The notes under the pieces are model-generated. The model was not told the origin of the DNA, did no database searches, and saw only the letters and a list, made by a program, of their open reading frames with translations. Below are positions 1-10,150 of a stretch of DNA of 64,000 nucleotides, piece after piece. A program made the position numbers and the translations under genes. Numbering within the stretch: the first letter of the stretch is position 1; each line of letters opens with the position of its first letter. Source of the stretch: Candidatus Magasanikiibacteriota bacterium (GTDB taxonomy: Bacteria > Patescibacteriota > Patescibacteriia > Magasanikbacterales > GWA2-37-8); the NCBI GenBank assembly GCA_041666745.1, contig JBAYGI010000003.1:12782-76781 (forward strand), in the 5' to 3' direction.

Positions 1-180
1 GCTGGTAAAAACAAGCGGCAATACTGCGTCCTCTAAAAAAGCTTTTATTCTCATATAACCAATATTATAGCAGAATGAGCGAAAAGAGCAAAAGTATGCA
101 CACTTTAACCACACGATAGCCACAAAACTGCTTGCCCAAAAAAAGGCTTTGATATAACATATACAAACCAACCAGATATT

Positions 181-1659
181 ATGAACACAGCCGAAGAATT
201 AAATCAGGTACCACCACAGAGTCTTGAAGCCGAGATGTCTCTTTTGGGGTCTCTACTTTTGGACAAAGACGCGATGTTGAAAATCGCTGATCTTATTCGT
301 TATGAGGATTTTTATAAAAATGCCCACGCGCGGATTTTTGAAACTATTACCGACCTTTATTCGCGCAATGAACCGGCGGACTTGTTGACTTTGAGTACTC
401 GTTTGGAAGAAAAGGGAGTTTTGGAAATGTGTGGCGGACGCACTTATTTGGCATCGTTGGTCAATGCGGTACCAACTGCCGCCAACGTCATCAACTACGC
501 GCAGATAGTTCACCGCAAAGCCGTACGTCGCCGACTACTTTTGGCTTCACATGAAATTTCTCGATTGGGCTATCAAGAAGAAAACGACATTGAAAAAATA
601 TTGGATGAAGCTCAACAAAGTTTGTTCGCAGTTTCTCAAATTCATTTTAAACAAACTTTTATTCCGATTCGCAATGTACTTTCGGATGCTTTTGAACGCA
701 TTGATGAGTTACACAAGCACAAAGGTCAGTTGCGTGGTTTGCCGACCGGTTTTACTCAGCTAGACAATTTATTGGCTGGTTTGCAAAAATCTGATTTGAT
801 CATTTTGGCCGCTCGCCCGAGTGTGGGTAAAACTTCTTTGGCTTTGGATATCATCCGTCATGTGGCTACCAAACAAAAATTACCGGTAGGGATGTTTTCT
901 TTGGAAATGGGTAAAGAACAACTGGTGGACAGAATGCTTTGTTCCGAAGCCGGTATAGATTTGTGGCGCATGCGTACCGGTCGATTATCCGATCGCCCTG
1001 AAGATGACGACTTTCCTCGTATCGGTCATGCGATTGGTGTGTTATCTGAAACACCGATATATATCGATGATTCCGGTAGTTTAAATATCTTACAGCTAAG
1101 AACCAAAGCTCGTCGTTTGCAAAATGAACATGGTTTGGGTTTGATTGTTATTGATTATTTACAGTTAATGGAATCAACTAGTGGCAAAACTGACAATCGT
1201 GTTCAAGAAGTTGCTGAAATAAGTCGTGGTTTAAAAGCTTTGGCGCGCGAACTAAATATTCCAATTTTAGCGCTATCCCAGTTGTCACGTACTGTAGAAC
1301 AAAGCAAACCGGCTATTCCAAAATTATCCCACTTGCGTGAATCCGGTTCTATCGAACAAGACGCGGATGTGGTATTATTTATCTATCGAAAAAGCGCTGA
1401 TCGCAATTATCGTCTTGAAGATATTTCACCGGACGAACGCAATATTGCCGAAATACATATAGCCAAACACAGAAACGGTCCGACCGGTTTGGTAAAAACT
1501 ACCTTCGTCGAACATCTGGCTTCGTTTAGAAATTTGGATACAACTTATTCTGCCCCCACCACCGCCAGTGCCCCACAAGCTCTAAAACCAAAATCCGCTT
1601 TCAATAAACCGGCTTCCGGCGGTACCGGTTTTAAACCACCCGAGCAACCTGAATTTTAA
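181..1659 (+). CDS. dnaB: Replicative DNA helicase DnaB
   Basis: 492 aa; DnaB N-terminal domain (EAEMSLLGSLLLD); Walker A ARPSVGKTSLAL; RecA-like C-terminal motifs. Confidence 0.9.
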   Translation: MNTAEELNQVPPQSLEAEMSLLGSLLLDKDAMLKIADLIRYEDFYKNAHARIFETITDLYSRNEPADLLTLSTRLEEKGVLEMCGGRTYLASLVNAVPTAANVINYAQIVHRKAVRRRLLLASHEISRLGYQEENDIEKILDEAQQSLFAVSQIHFKQTFIPIRNVLSDAFERIDELHKHKGQLRGLPTGFTQLDNLLAGLQKSDLIILAARPSVGKTSLALDIIRHVATKQKLPVGMFSLEMGKEQLVDRMLCSEAGIDLWRMRTGRLSDRPEDDDFPRIGHAIGVLSETPIYIDDSGSLNILQLRTKARRLQNEHGLGLIVIDYLQLMESTSGKTDNRVQEVAEISRGLKALARELNIPILALSQLSRTVEQSKPAIPKLSHLRESGSIEQDADVVLFIYRKSADRNYRLEDISPDERNIAEIHIAKHRNGPTGLVKTTFVEHLASFRNLDTTYSAPTTASAPQALKPKSAFNKPASGGTGFKPPEQPEF

Positions 1660-1694
1660 TCATTTTTATTTATTAATTTTTATAAACAAAAAAT

Positions 1695-2000
1695 ATGTCA
1701 ATGTTTTCCAAACTCAAACAGTTCAAAGATTTGCGCGAACAAGGTAAAAAACTACAAGATTTAATTGGTGATGAAACTGTCACGGTGGATAAAGCCGGCA
1801 ATAAGGTAGTACTCACCATGAATGGCAACTTGGAGATAACCGGTTTGGCTATCGACAACAGCATGCTGTCTCCGGATAAAAAAACAGACTTAGAAAAAGC
1901 CATCAAAGAGGCTCACAGTGATGCACTCAAAAAAATGCAACGCACTATCGCTATGAAAATGCAACAATCCGGCGATTTTAATATCCCAGGTTTGAAATAA
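1695..2000 (+). CDS. ybaB: YbaB/EbfC family nucleoid-associated protein
   Basis: 101 aa; typical YbaB length and motifs; located between dnaB and recR (dnaX-ybaB-recR is the usual neighbourhood). Confidence 0.75.
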   Translation: MSMFSKLKQFKDLREQGKKLQDLIGDETVTVDKAGNKVVLTMNGNLEITGLAIDNSMLSPDKKTDLEKAIKEAHSDALKKMQRTIAMKMQQSGDFNIPGLK

Positions 2001-2002
2001 AA

Positions 2003-2605
2003 ATGTATTCACCAACCATAAACAAATTAATCGGTATCTTAAAAAAACTTCCATCAGTTGGACAACATACCGCTGAACGGTATGTTTTTCATTGGTTGAA
2101 ATCCGGAAAAATCGAAGTGAACGAACTTCGAAATGCTTTGGATGATTTATTAAAAAATACCAAAAGTTGTGAAATTTGTTGGAATTTTTCCGACTTTAAT
2201 CCTTGTGAAATTTGTATCAATAAAAACCGCGACCAAAATCAAATTTGCGTGGTGGACGAAGCTCAAGCCGTAGCCGCTTTGGAAAAAACCAACGCTTATA
2301 CTGGAACTTATCATGTCCTGCGTGGCACTATCGATGTTAGCGATGAAGCGGGATTGGAAAATTTAAAAATTCGCGCACTGTTGCAACGAGTTAAAAATAC
2401 CGAACATATTCAAGAAATAATCTTAGCTCTCAATCCGGATATGTCTGGTGAAACCACAATGTTATATTTGGAAAAACAAATAAAACAAATACAGCCTCAG
2501 ATAAAAATCACCAGATTGGCCAGAGGTTTGCCGATGGGATCGGACTTGCAATATAGCGACGAGATCACCTTGGGTAGCGCGCTGAAAAATCGACTTTCAA
2601 ATTAA
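2003..2605 (+). CDS. recR: Recombination protein RecR
   Basis: 200 aa; HhH N-terminus, C4 zinc finger CEICWNFSDFNPCEIC, Toprim region. Confidence 0.85.
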   Translation: MYSPTINKLIGILKKLPSVGQHTAERYVFHWLKSGKIEVNELRNALDDLLKNTKSCEICWNFSDFNPCEICINKNRDQNQICVVDEAQAVAALEKTNAYTGTYHVLRGTIDVSDEAGLENLKIRALLQRVKNTEHIQEIILALNPDMSGETTMLYLEKQIKQIQPQIKITRLARGLPMGSDLQYSDEITLGSALKNRLSN

Positions 2606-2614
2606 AAACTGATA

Positions 2615-2650
2615 CAAAAAAACCATCGATAATTCGATGGTTTTTATTTT
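2615..2650. terminator. Bidirectional rho-independent terminator between recR and rplU
   Basis: Hairpin ccatcga-taat-tcgatgg flanked by an A-run on the left and a T-run on the right. Confidence 0.6.
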
Positions 2651-2658
2651 TGGTTATT

Positions 2659-2979
2659 TTAGATAATTTCCACTTCAGTAAATCTTTGTCTTTGTCCGTG
2701 TACTTTGTGAAAACGTACTTTACTTTTGAATCGTTCCACACGCACTGTGCGATGCTTGCCTTGTTTTAATACTTTGGCATTGACCACCTCACCGGCTAAA
2801 TATGGTTTTCCGATTTCTATCTTACTGCCATCTTCTTCAGCTTTCAATAATACTTTATCAAAAGCGAAGTTGGTGTCGGCCAAAACATCGATACCGTTTA
2901 CTTTTAATTTTTCGAATTTGAATTTTTCACCGGCTTTAACAATATATTGTTTACCGCCAGTTGCAATTATAGAGATCAT
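2659..2979 (-). CDS. rplU: 50S ribosomal protein bL21
   Basis: 106 aa; N-terminus MISIIATGGKQYIVKAGE matches the L21 signature. Confidence 0.85.
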   Translation of the reverse strand: MISIIATGGKQYIVKAGEKFKFEKLKVNGIDVLADTNFAFDKVLLKAEEDGSKIEIGKPYLAGEVVNAKVLKQGKHRTVRVERFKSKVRFHKVHGQRQRFTEVEII

Positions 2980-3108
2980 AATTTGTTTGATATACCCGTT
3001 TTCTAGTCCATCGAAGTTGTCCTAGTTGGGCTTATTTTAGATATAAAACGTGTTAATTATAACAAAAACAAAGAAAATGTCAAGGGACCACAGGCTATTT
3101 TGCTGAAA

Positions 3109-3606
3109 CTACCTCAAAACCTCCAGTTTATCCCCTATTTTGTAATTAAACTTTTGGGCGTATCCAGCCGGCAATTCCAATACTCGGTCTGATTCATCCC
3201 TAGCTGGGTACAAAGTCAACTGCTCTTCAGTTCGACCCGGTTCAAGCGGTAAATTTGGCGCTATGTCCACTATCACACCTTTTTTAAACCAAACAATATC
3301 GATTGAAAAATTCATATCACGCATCACAAACACATGTTGCTTTACTTCCGGAAACACAAACAACATACCATCATACTTGCCCAGATCTTTAAATTTACCC
3401 AATCCATTTTGCCAATGTTTGATATTGTTGGCTACCAACACATTTAGAACTTGATTGTTTATTTTTATGGTCGCTTTTGGCCAATAAAAATTATAATATA
3501 ATTTTAAACCAATAGTAAAAATGATTATCAGCCCCAAAACACACAACTGCCATTTTTTAATTTCAGATTTTTTGTTCTCTGACATATTTTTGACGTTTTG
3601 AAACAT
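3109..3606 (-). CDS. DUF192 (COG1430) domain protein with N-terminal membrane anchor
   Basis: 165 aa; DUF192-like core MLFVFPEVKQHVFVMRDMNFSIDIVW. Confidence 0.55.
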   Translation of the reverse strand: MFQNVKNMSENKKSEIKKWQLCVLGLIIIFTIGLKLYYNFYWPKATIKINNQVLNVLVANNIKHWQNGLGKFKDLGKYDGMLFVFPEVKQHVFVMRDMNFSIDIVWFKKGVIVDIAPNLPLEPGRTEEQLTLYPARDESDRVLELPAGYAQKFNYKIGDKLEVLR

Positions 3607-4669
3607 AAATCTCTATCGCAATAATAGCCACCACCAAAAGTAATAAAGAAATAATTTTAAATATACTATTCATATATAATGCCGAAAAACCAAACAACGC
3701 CGAAAAACCATAAAAAATCAATACCGCCTGCCATTGTTTGAGACCGATATCCACCAATCTAAAATGCAGATGACGGCGATCACCTTTGGCAACCGACTGA
3801 CCGTGAAACATTCGAGAAATAATTACCCAAACCAAATCCACTATCGGAACAGCCATAACCAGTAGCGCGGTCGCAATTTTACTACCGGCCACAATCGCAA
3901 GCACACCAATCATCAAACCCAAAAATTGACCACCACCTTCACCCAAAAATATTTTGGCCGGATAAAAATTTAATACCAAAAATCCTAGACAGGTCATAGC
4001 CAAAATTATCGCGATCATAGCTACATCCAATTGGTGGAATTTGGTGGCCCCACCAGCCAACGCGGCTATCGAGAATGCGCCAATCGCGACCACACCAGTC
4101 GACAAACCATCCAATCCATCCAATATTTTTACGGTATACATCATGCCCATCAACCACAAAAAAGCCAAAATATCCACTCCCACCAAAATAGTACCGAAAT
4201 ATTGAGTATGTATCTTCCAAAAATCCAAACCGATTGTTCCACCAAAGGGATTGGTGATGCCATCAAAATTTAATCCACCAGCCAATACCAACAACACCGC
4301 CACCACCGAAGCCAACAATCGCCACTGGTATTTCAAACGCACCGCATCATCAACATATCCGACAATCATCAAAATTAACCCGGCAAAAAAAATTAACCAC
4401 AATTGAGTTAATTTTAAATGGGTAAAATTATTTATTAAATTACAATACAAAACCATCATCAACCAAAAACTTACAAAAATTCCCAAACCACCAAGCAGTG
4501 GAATGGGATTTTGATGAAGCTTGCGATCTTTGTCCGGATAATCAAAAATTTTTAATTTGATCGCTAGTTTTTTAACTAAAAAAGTAACAAAAACCGACAA
4601 CCCAAACGGTAAAATAAAAACCAAAAATATAATATACAGCTGTGTCGGTAGCCAACTTGCACTTATCAT
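3563..4669 (-). CDS. Glycosyltransferase family 4, MraY/WecA-type polyprenyl-phosphate sugar-1-phosphate transferase
   Basis: 368 aa polytopic; DDxxR, VKILDGLDGL, FLGEGG and HLHF motifs paralleling MraY/WecA; position within dcw remnant favours MraY. Confidence 0.7.
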   Translation of the reverse strand: MISASWLPTQLYIIFLVFILPFGLSVFVTFLVKKLAIKLKIFDYPDKDRKLHQNPIPLLGGLGIFVSFWLMMVLYCNLINNFTHLKLTQLWLIFFAGLILMIVGYVDDAVRLKYQWRLLASVVAVLLVLAGGLNFDGITNPFGGTIGLDFWKIHTQYFGTILVGVDILAFLWLMGMMYTVKILDGLDGLSTGVVAIGAFSIAALAGGATKFHQLDVAMIAIILAMTCLGFLVLNFYPAKIFLGEGGGQFLGLMIGVLAIVAGSKIATALLVMAVPIVDLVWVIISRMFHGQSVAKGDRRHLHFRLVDIGLKQWQAVLIFYGFSALFGFSALYMNSIFKIISLLLLVVAIIAIEIYVSKRQKYVREQKI

Positions 4670-7464
4670 ACAACTTTAATTTCTCCCCCTTGACCTATTA
4701 CCACCGTATCTCTACGTTTCAGCTTACCAGATAACAACAACTCCGCCAACTGATTTTCTACTTTTTCTTGTAAAGCGCGACGCATCGGGCGGGCGCCAAA
4801 CTCCGGATCAAAGCCAACATCAGCCAAAAACTCCATCGCCGCCGGCTCTATTTTTAATTCAATACCCTTGGCTTCCAAATCTTTGGAAACACGCTTCAAC
4901 ATCAAGCCGGCAATCTTGATAATATCCTCGCGGTTCAAAGCTTTGAACAACACAATACCATCAAAACGATTTAAAAATTCAGGACGGAAATATTCTTTTA
5001 GTTCGCCGTGCAACAATTTTTCTTTGATAACATCCGATGAAACATTGGCGCGTAATTGCTCTTGAACATAAGACGTGCCGGCGTTGGAAGTGGCAATCAA
5101 AATAACATTGGTAAAATCTACCACCCGACCAACGCTATCAGACAAACGACCGTCATCCATCACCTGTAAAAATAAATTTAAAATATCTTTGTCGGCTTTT
5201 TCCATTTCATCAAGTAACAACAAAGAAAATGGATTGCGACGAATAGCTTCTGTCAACATTCCACTACCCTTTTCACCAGCCGTACCGATCAAACGAGAAA
5301 TACTGCTTTTATCTTGGTATTCACTCATATCCAAACGCACCATACGCTCTTCACCACCAAAATATACCTCCGCGATAGTCTTGGCTAATTCGGTTTTACC
5401 AACACCGGTCGGACCCAAAAACAAAAAGTTGGCAATCGGGCGCTTGGAGGATCGAATCTCCGCTCGCGCGCGACGCAGAGCATTGGCCACCAAATCTACC
5501 GCTTCGACTTGACCGATCACTCGCTTGTGCATTTCTTCTTCGAGGTGCATCAATTTGGTACTCTCATCAGCTGAAACAGTTGTGACCGGTACACCGGTTT
5601 TTTGCGCCACTACCGCGCCCACTTCTTCACCGGTAACAAAACTATTGATACCTTTTTTACTACGAGAAAAAGAAGCCGCTTCCGTCATCAGCTCTTGCGC
5701 GCTACCTGGTAAATATGACTCATGCAAAAATCGTGCCGCCAACTGAACCGACTTGGCTACCGCGTCATAAGAAAAAAATACATTTTGTTTATACTCGACT
5801 GTCCCCACTTTGGATTCCAAAACTTGAATTGCCTGATTTTCGTCCATTTCTTTTATTTCCACTTTGGCAAATAAATTTCCAAGTGGCGAACTGACAATAT
5901 GACGAGAATATTCATCCGGAGTAGTTGTGGCAAAAGTCAAAAACCGTCCACTACCAAGATATTCATTGAGAGTGCCGGCTACATCCAAACTTCCTGTTTC
6001 TCCACCAGCTGACACACCGGTTAATTCATGAATATTGTTGATAAATAAAATAACATTACCGGACCGACCAACATCTTGCATAATACCGATCAAACGCTCC
6101 ACCGCCCCAGCCGGAGTAGTCCCTGCCAATAATTTCGGCACACTCAAACGCACCAAACGTTTGTCTCGCAAACGAACCGGCACATCATCTTCTACCATTT
6201 TTTGCGCCAAACCTTCGATGATGCTGGTTTTTCCTACACCATTATCTCCAACTAAAATAACATTTTGTCCGCCCCCTTCTACAATTCTAAAAACTTCTTC
6301 GATTTCTTTTTCACGCGCGATACAACTATCCAGATGACCAAACTGCGCCGAGATTGTCAGGTCGTCACTAAAATTATTTAAAAACGGAGTCTGTACCGCT
6401 GTCATCGCTTTGTCCATACCGATTTTTGAACGTCCAACGGCGGCTTTGCGAAATTTCATATATTGACGATACAATCTCTCTCGTATTCTCGCCCACTCCA
6501 CCACGTTTAATAATTTTTGTTTGTCAACCGCTAAATCAAATAAAATTTCTTGTAATTTTTCTGACTGTTTAATAGTAGACAACAACAATTCAGTAACACT
6601 AACATATTCTTGATGGGCGCTATACGCTTCTTCGTAGGCATTGAATAATACTTGCTGAAATTCAGGTGAAATCAATGGCATTGTAAATTTATCACGTTTC
6701 TTGTCAAAAGATGGCTCAGCCCCCAAAACATTGGCCAAAGTTTTTTGCAATGAACTGGCCGGCAGAGCTAAACGAGTAAAAATATTGGAAATGCGATTGG
6801 AAGAAAGCAATGCATAAAAAAGGTGTTCAGGCGTAGCACTACCATGACCACTTTTATCTGCCACAAAATAAGCCTCGCCCAAAACCGACAACGCCTCATC
6901 GGTAAAAGTATCAGAAATATTTATTTTTTTCTTTGATTTTATTTTTTTGGCCTGTTGCCAATCCACTACATCGATTTTTTCTTCAGCACTTTCTTTATTT
7001 CCATACTGATTGTAATGATAACGTTCGACATTGTCTTTTTTGATTCTTTCGACTATCGCCCGATACCACAAATACAACAGGATTACCGCCCCAACACAAA
7101 ACAAAACACCTTCTGTGTCTTTTAAATTGTTTATCAACAAAGCGGGGTTAAAAACAATTCCTTTGCGTAAAGTAAAATAAATCCCCCACCCCCAAGCATT
7201 GAGCCATAAAAGTATGAGGGTAAAAAAACGAACTTTATTAAAAATACGATGTGCTTTGGCCAAATTCAAATGGTAACGAGTAAGTGGATAAAACCAAAAC
7301 AACCAATGCCCACGCACAAAATGACCGGCAGACATACCGCGACATTCTTTACATTTGGAAAAACCAACAAAACCGGTCGCTTTACAAACCGGACAAGATA
7401 ACAGAGATACGGATTCGGATTTCTCAAATAACATACTATTTTGAAAACGACATAATAAAACCAC
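4666..7464 (-). CDS. ClpB/ClpC-like double AAA+ ATPase with N-terminal zinc ribbon and transmembrane segment
   Basis: 932 aa; C-x2-C-x12-C-x2-C ribbon then hydrophobic helices; Clp_N-like repeat; D1 Walker A GDNGVGKTS and D2 GPTGVGKTELAK; no IGF/L ClpP loop recognised; no obvious M-domain. Confidence 0.8.
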   Translation of the reverse strand: MVLLCRFQNSMLFEKSESVSLLSCPVCKATGFVGFSKCKECRGMSAGHFVRGHWLFWFYPLTRYHLNLAKAHRIFNKVRFFTLILLWLNAWGWGIYFTLRKGIVFNPALLINNLKDTEGVLFCVGAVILLYLWYRAIVERIKKDNVERYHYNQYGNKESAEEKIDVVDWQQAKKIKSKKKINISDTFTDEALSVLGEAYFVADKSGHGSATPEHLFYALLSSNRISNIFTRLALPASSLQKTLANVLGAEPSFDKKRDKFTMPLISPEFQQVLFNAYEEAYSAHQEYVSVTELLLSTIKQSEKLQEILFDLAVDKQKLLNVVEWARIRERLYRQYMKFRKAAVGRSKIGMDKAMTAVQTPFLNNFSDDLTISAQFGHLDSCIAREKEIEEVFRIVEGGGQNVILVGDNGVGKTSIIEGLAQKMVEDDVPVRLRDKRLVRLSVPKLLAGTTPAGAVERLIGIMQDVGRSGNVILFINNIHELTGVSAGGETGSLDVAGTLNEYLGSGRFLTFATTTPDEYSRHIVSSPLGNLFAKVEIKEMDENQAIQVLESKVGTVEYKQNVFFSYDAVAKSVQLAARFLHESYLPGSAQELMTEAASFSRSKKGINSFVTGEEVGAVVAQKTGVPVTTVSADESTKLMHLEEEMHKRVIGQVEAVDLVANALRRARAEIRSSKRPIANFLFLGPTGVGKTELAKTIAEVYFGGEERMVRLDMSEYQDKSSISRLIGTAGEKGSGMLTEAIRRNPFSLLLLDEMEKADKDILNLFLQVMDDGRLSDSVGRVVDFTNVILIATSNAGTSYVQEQLRANVSSDVIKEKLLHGELKEYFRPEFLNRFDGIVLFKALNREDIIKIAGLMLKRVSKDLEAKGIELKIEPAAMEFLADVGFDPEFGARPMRRALQEKVENQLAELLLSGKLKRRDTVVIGQGGEIKVV

Positions 7465-7846
7465 CCACCACTATAATTGGCAACAATAACCAAACAATAA
7501 ATAACACCACACACACCACCAGCCAAATCAACAATCCGATGGATCGCGCGCAAAACTGCACAAATCGCATCAAAACACTGATGATTCGTCCTTGCCAATC
7601 ATATTGTCCATACATCGGTACAAATAAATTTTTCAACCACAACCCGGGGGATAAATTTTGATTGCCTTCCAAAAAGAAAGTAGTGCACCATTTTAGAGAA
7701 TGCAAAACTCCGCCGGTATACCACCAAAGCGGAAAATAAAAGATATCCACGATCGCATCAAATAAAATACGTTGAAAAACCAATAACCACATAAATATTT
7801 TATATGAGATTATTATACCACAAAATATTAAAAATAAAAAATCCAC
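7436..7846 (-). CDS. Small polytopic membrane protein (hypothetical)
   Basis: 136 aa, strongly hydrophobic; overlaps start of the AAA+ gene. Confidence 0.3.
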   Translation of the reverse strand: MDFLFLIFCGIIISYKIFMWLLVFQRILFDAIVDIFYFPLWWYTGGVLHSLKWCTTFFLEGNQNLSPGLWLKNLFVPMYGQYDWQGRIISVLMRFVQFCARSIGLLIWLVVCVVLFIVWLLLPIIVVGGFIMSFSK

Positions 7847-7876
7847 CTATCGGCGGATTTTAAACTATACAGAAAA

Positions 7877-8260
7877 CTATTTTGCCATGGCCACTGCCCC
7901 ATTGGTAGGATTGTAACGTTGAAAATCTTCAACGGCCACCAAATTCATACCTTGTAAACGTTTTTCAATATTATTCATTGAACCGGCATCAGCGATTTTG
8001 ATCTGCAAACCCTGCAAATCCGCGTTCATTTCACTAATCTGGTTTTCCAATGCATGAGCTTCATAACCACAAGTAGCCGCTGAATTTACTCGAACCATAT
8101 AGGCCACCGACATGATTACCACCACTCCTAGCAAACTAGCACGCATGGCTTTGCCACTAACCCACTCCGGCACAGTAATAGTACACAAGGCAGAAATAAA
8201 ATTGTGATAGTGGGCCTGAAATTGACGTTTATATGACATATAAAATTTAAAGTTTTTCAA
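7877..8260 (-). CDS. FtsL-like bitopic cell division protein
   Basis: 127 aa; single TM (LLGVVVIMSVAYMV) then coiled-coil; directly downstream of rsmH as in dcw clusters. Confidence 0.45.
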   Translation of the reverse strand: MKNFKFYMSYKRQFQAHYHNFISALCTITVPEWVSGKAMRASLLGVVVIMSVAYMVRVNSAATCGYEAHALENQISEMNADLQGLQIKIADAGSMNNIEKRLQGMNLVAVEDFQRYNPTNGAVAMAK

Positions 8261-9152
8261 TTATTCTTAATTTGGCACTACGACTGCTAGGATTGTTTTC
8301 GACTTCTTCCTCGCTAGCTATAATGGGTTTTTTGTTAATAATTTTTAATGTTTTATTTTGATTTTTTACAAAAAATTGTTTTACTATTCTATCTTCCAAA
8401 GAATGAAAGGTGATCACTGCCAAACGTCCGCCAACAGATAAACTTTCGATTGCTTGCGGTAAAACCTGTCGTATCACTTCCAATTCTGAATTGACCGCGA
8501 TGCGTAACGCTTGAAACACTTTGGTCGCCGGATGAATACCACCAACCCAAGGAATTTCTTTTTCAGTTTTTAATTTACGACGATAAACTCCCAAAATAAT
8601 TTCTACCAATGGCGCGGTATGTTCAATTTTATTTACCGCTCGTGATCCAACAATTTCTTTGGCAATTTCTCGACTTAATTTTTCCTCCCCATAAAAACGC
8701 AATATTTTTTCTAATTCGGCTTCACTGTATTGGTTGATAACATCCGCCGCACTCTCACCCGACACACCGTTGTAGCGCATATCTAGCGGTTCATCGCCTT
8801 CAAAACTGAATCCCCGACTACGTTCTTTGAACTGTGGTGTTGACCATCCCAAATCTATCAAAATTGCATCGGCATTTTCAAAATTATTTGCTTTGATTAT
8901 TTCTTTTAAATTTACAAAGTTGTCTCGAACAAAAATTACCTGACTACCAAAATTATATAAATTTCTTTTGGCTCTAAATAGTGATTCCGGATCAGCATCA
9001 ATGCCCAGTAATTTTCCTTTTGGACCGATTTTTTCCAAAATCACTTCGCTGTGCCCTGCATCACCCAAAGTACAATCGATCACTTTCGCGCCTGCTTTTA
9101 GTTGTAAAGAATCCACTACCTCCCTTAACAAAACCGGTACATGCCTAGACAT
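8247..9152 (-). CDS. rsmH: 16S rRNA (cytosine1402-N4)-methyltransferase RsmH
   Basis: 301 aa; MSRHVPVLLREVVD N-terminus and SAM-binding motifs of RsmH/MraW. Confidence 0.9.
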   Translation of the reverse strand: MSRHVPVLLREVVDSLQLKAGAKVIDCTLGDAGHSEVILEKIGPKGKLLGIDADPESLFRAKRNLYNFGSQVIFVRDNFVNLKEIIKANNFENADAILIDLGWSTPQFKERSRGFSFEGDEPLDMRYNGVSGESAADVINQYSEAELEKILRFYGEEKLSREIAKEIVGSRAVNKIEHTAPLVEIILGVYRRKLKTEKEIPWVGGIHPATKVFQALRIAVNSELEVIRQVLPQAIESLSVGGRLAVITFHSLEDRIVKQFFVKNQNKTLKIINKKPIIASEEEVENNPSSRSAKLRIIEKL

Positions 9153-9169
9153 ATTATTTTTTTAATTTC

Positions 9170-9619
9170 TTAAACTCCCAGCTCGGCCATCTTTTCAGCG
9201 ATTTCATTACTGTTGGTTTCAGTGGTTGTCTTGTAAGCTTTCCATTTGGCTTCATCCCAAATTTCCGCGCGATTATACAAACCAGCCAAAACAACATTTT
9301 TCTTTAAACCGGCAAACTCTCGTAAATATTCCGGTAAAACTACGCGTCCTTGCTTGTCGATTTCCACTTCCATCGCACCAGCCAACATCAAACGAGAAAA
9401 AGCACGACTGTTGGATTGACTAAACGGTAGAGTGGCCAATTTTTCGGCCAATTTTTCCCATTCGGTTTTGGTGTAGAGGAATAAACAGTTGTCTAATCCG
9501 CGTGTGACTACCGCACCCTTGGACAAATCACGACGAAACTTGACTGGAATAGCCAAACGTCCCTTATCGTCTAAGTTGTGCGCGTATTCACCGATAAACA
9601 TAATTTGTAAATTCACCAC
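9170..9619 (-). CDS. mraZ: Transcriptional regulator MraZ
   Basis: 149 aa; duplicated DxxxR-containing MraZ motif (MFIGEYAHNLDDKGRLAIP). Confidence 0.9.
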   Translation of the reverse strand: MVNLQIMFIGEYAHNLDDKGRLAIPVKFRRDLSKGAVVTRGLDNCLFLYTKTEWEKLAEKLATLPFSQSNSRAFSRLMLAGAMEVEIDKQGRVVLPEYLREFAGLKKNVVLAGLYNRAEIWDEAKWKAYKTTTETNSNEIAEKMAELGV

Positions 9620-9745
9620 TTTCCTCCACTACATTCCATTTTATACCACTTTGAAACATTGGTCAACACTTTATACCATTTTAATCTTGGCTAAGACACA
9701 ACAAAAAAACCACATAAAAAAATATGTGTGGATAACTATTTTGTA

Positions 9746-9775
9746 TTGACTTTAAAACACAGAACAAGGTAAAAT
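9746..9775 (+). promoter_or_regulatory. Candidate sigma70-type promoter (TTGACT-N18-TAAAAT) upstream of high-GC island 1
   Basis: Hexamers read directly; imperfect inverted repeat agaacaag/cactgttct overlaps the -10; region is also divergent promoter space for mraZ. Confidence 0.4.
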
Positions 9776-9824
9776 CATTTCACTGTTCTTTCGGCGATTT
9801 TTCTCGCCAACGGAGGGACACTAG

Positions 9825-10055
9825 ATGACCAACGCGCGCTTCTTTGCTAGACCAATCGAAGACATGGCCATTCATGTCGTAGCAGTGGCTGCCACCACGG
9901 TGGTCGCTCCGATTGTCGCGGCCGGCGTCTTTAGCCTAGGCGTCCAGGACGCGGCGAAGGCGATCAGCGACAAAGCCACGAAGCTCTGCCGAAAGGCGAG
10001 CGGGATGGTCATTGACATGATCCCTGATCTGCCCTACGACGACTATTGTGATTAG
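9825..10055 (+). other. High-GC (~58%) island containing a 76-codon Ala/Val-rich ORF; either a foreign small membrane peptide gene or a structured non-coding RNA
   Basis: GC composition and codon usage (gcg/gcc/ggc) unlike flanking ~33% GC DNA; GGAGGG SD 8 nt upstream of ATG; hydrophobic segment IHVVAVAATTVVAPIVAAGVF. Confidence 0.3.
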
Positions 10056-10104
10056 GTGCGATGACGACGCATTGATTGGCGTCGCCGCGCCCTCCCGCCT
10101 ATAT

Positions 10105-10150
10105 GCGCGCCGGATCCTTCAAGGACCGGCGCGCTTCCATTTTTGGTTGA
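10105..10150 (+). terminator. Strong GC hairpin plus T-run (rho-independent terminator) closing island 1
   Basis: gcgcgccgg-a-tcctt-c-aagga-c-cggcgcgc followed by ttccatttttggttgattttt. Confidence 0.55.

Noticed and set aside
4868-6337. Antisense ORFs inside the AAA+ ATPase gene (4868-5065, 5075-5512, 5525-5746, 6035-6337); the same pattern occurs inside other long genes (e.g. 41396-41737, 14095-15047, 36216-36614)
   Set aside because: They are fully embedded on the opposite strand of well-supported conserved genes, have low-complexity composition, and are typical spurious ORFs from long stop-free antisense frames.
9825-10140. Possible SRP (4.5S) RNA, tmRNA or RNase P RNA in GC island 1
   Set aside because: The segment cagGacgcggcGAAGGcgatCAGC only loosely resembles the SRP domain IV motif and lacks the GGAA tetraloop context. 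No tRNA-like T-arm (GGTTCGAnTCC), tmRNA tag frame or P4 helix sequence (gaaagtccgggc) was found. It is left as a possibility to test with covariance models and is not annotated as a specific RNA.
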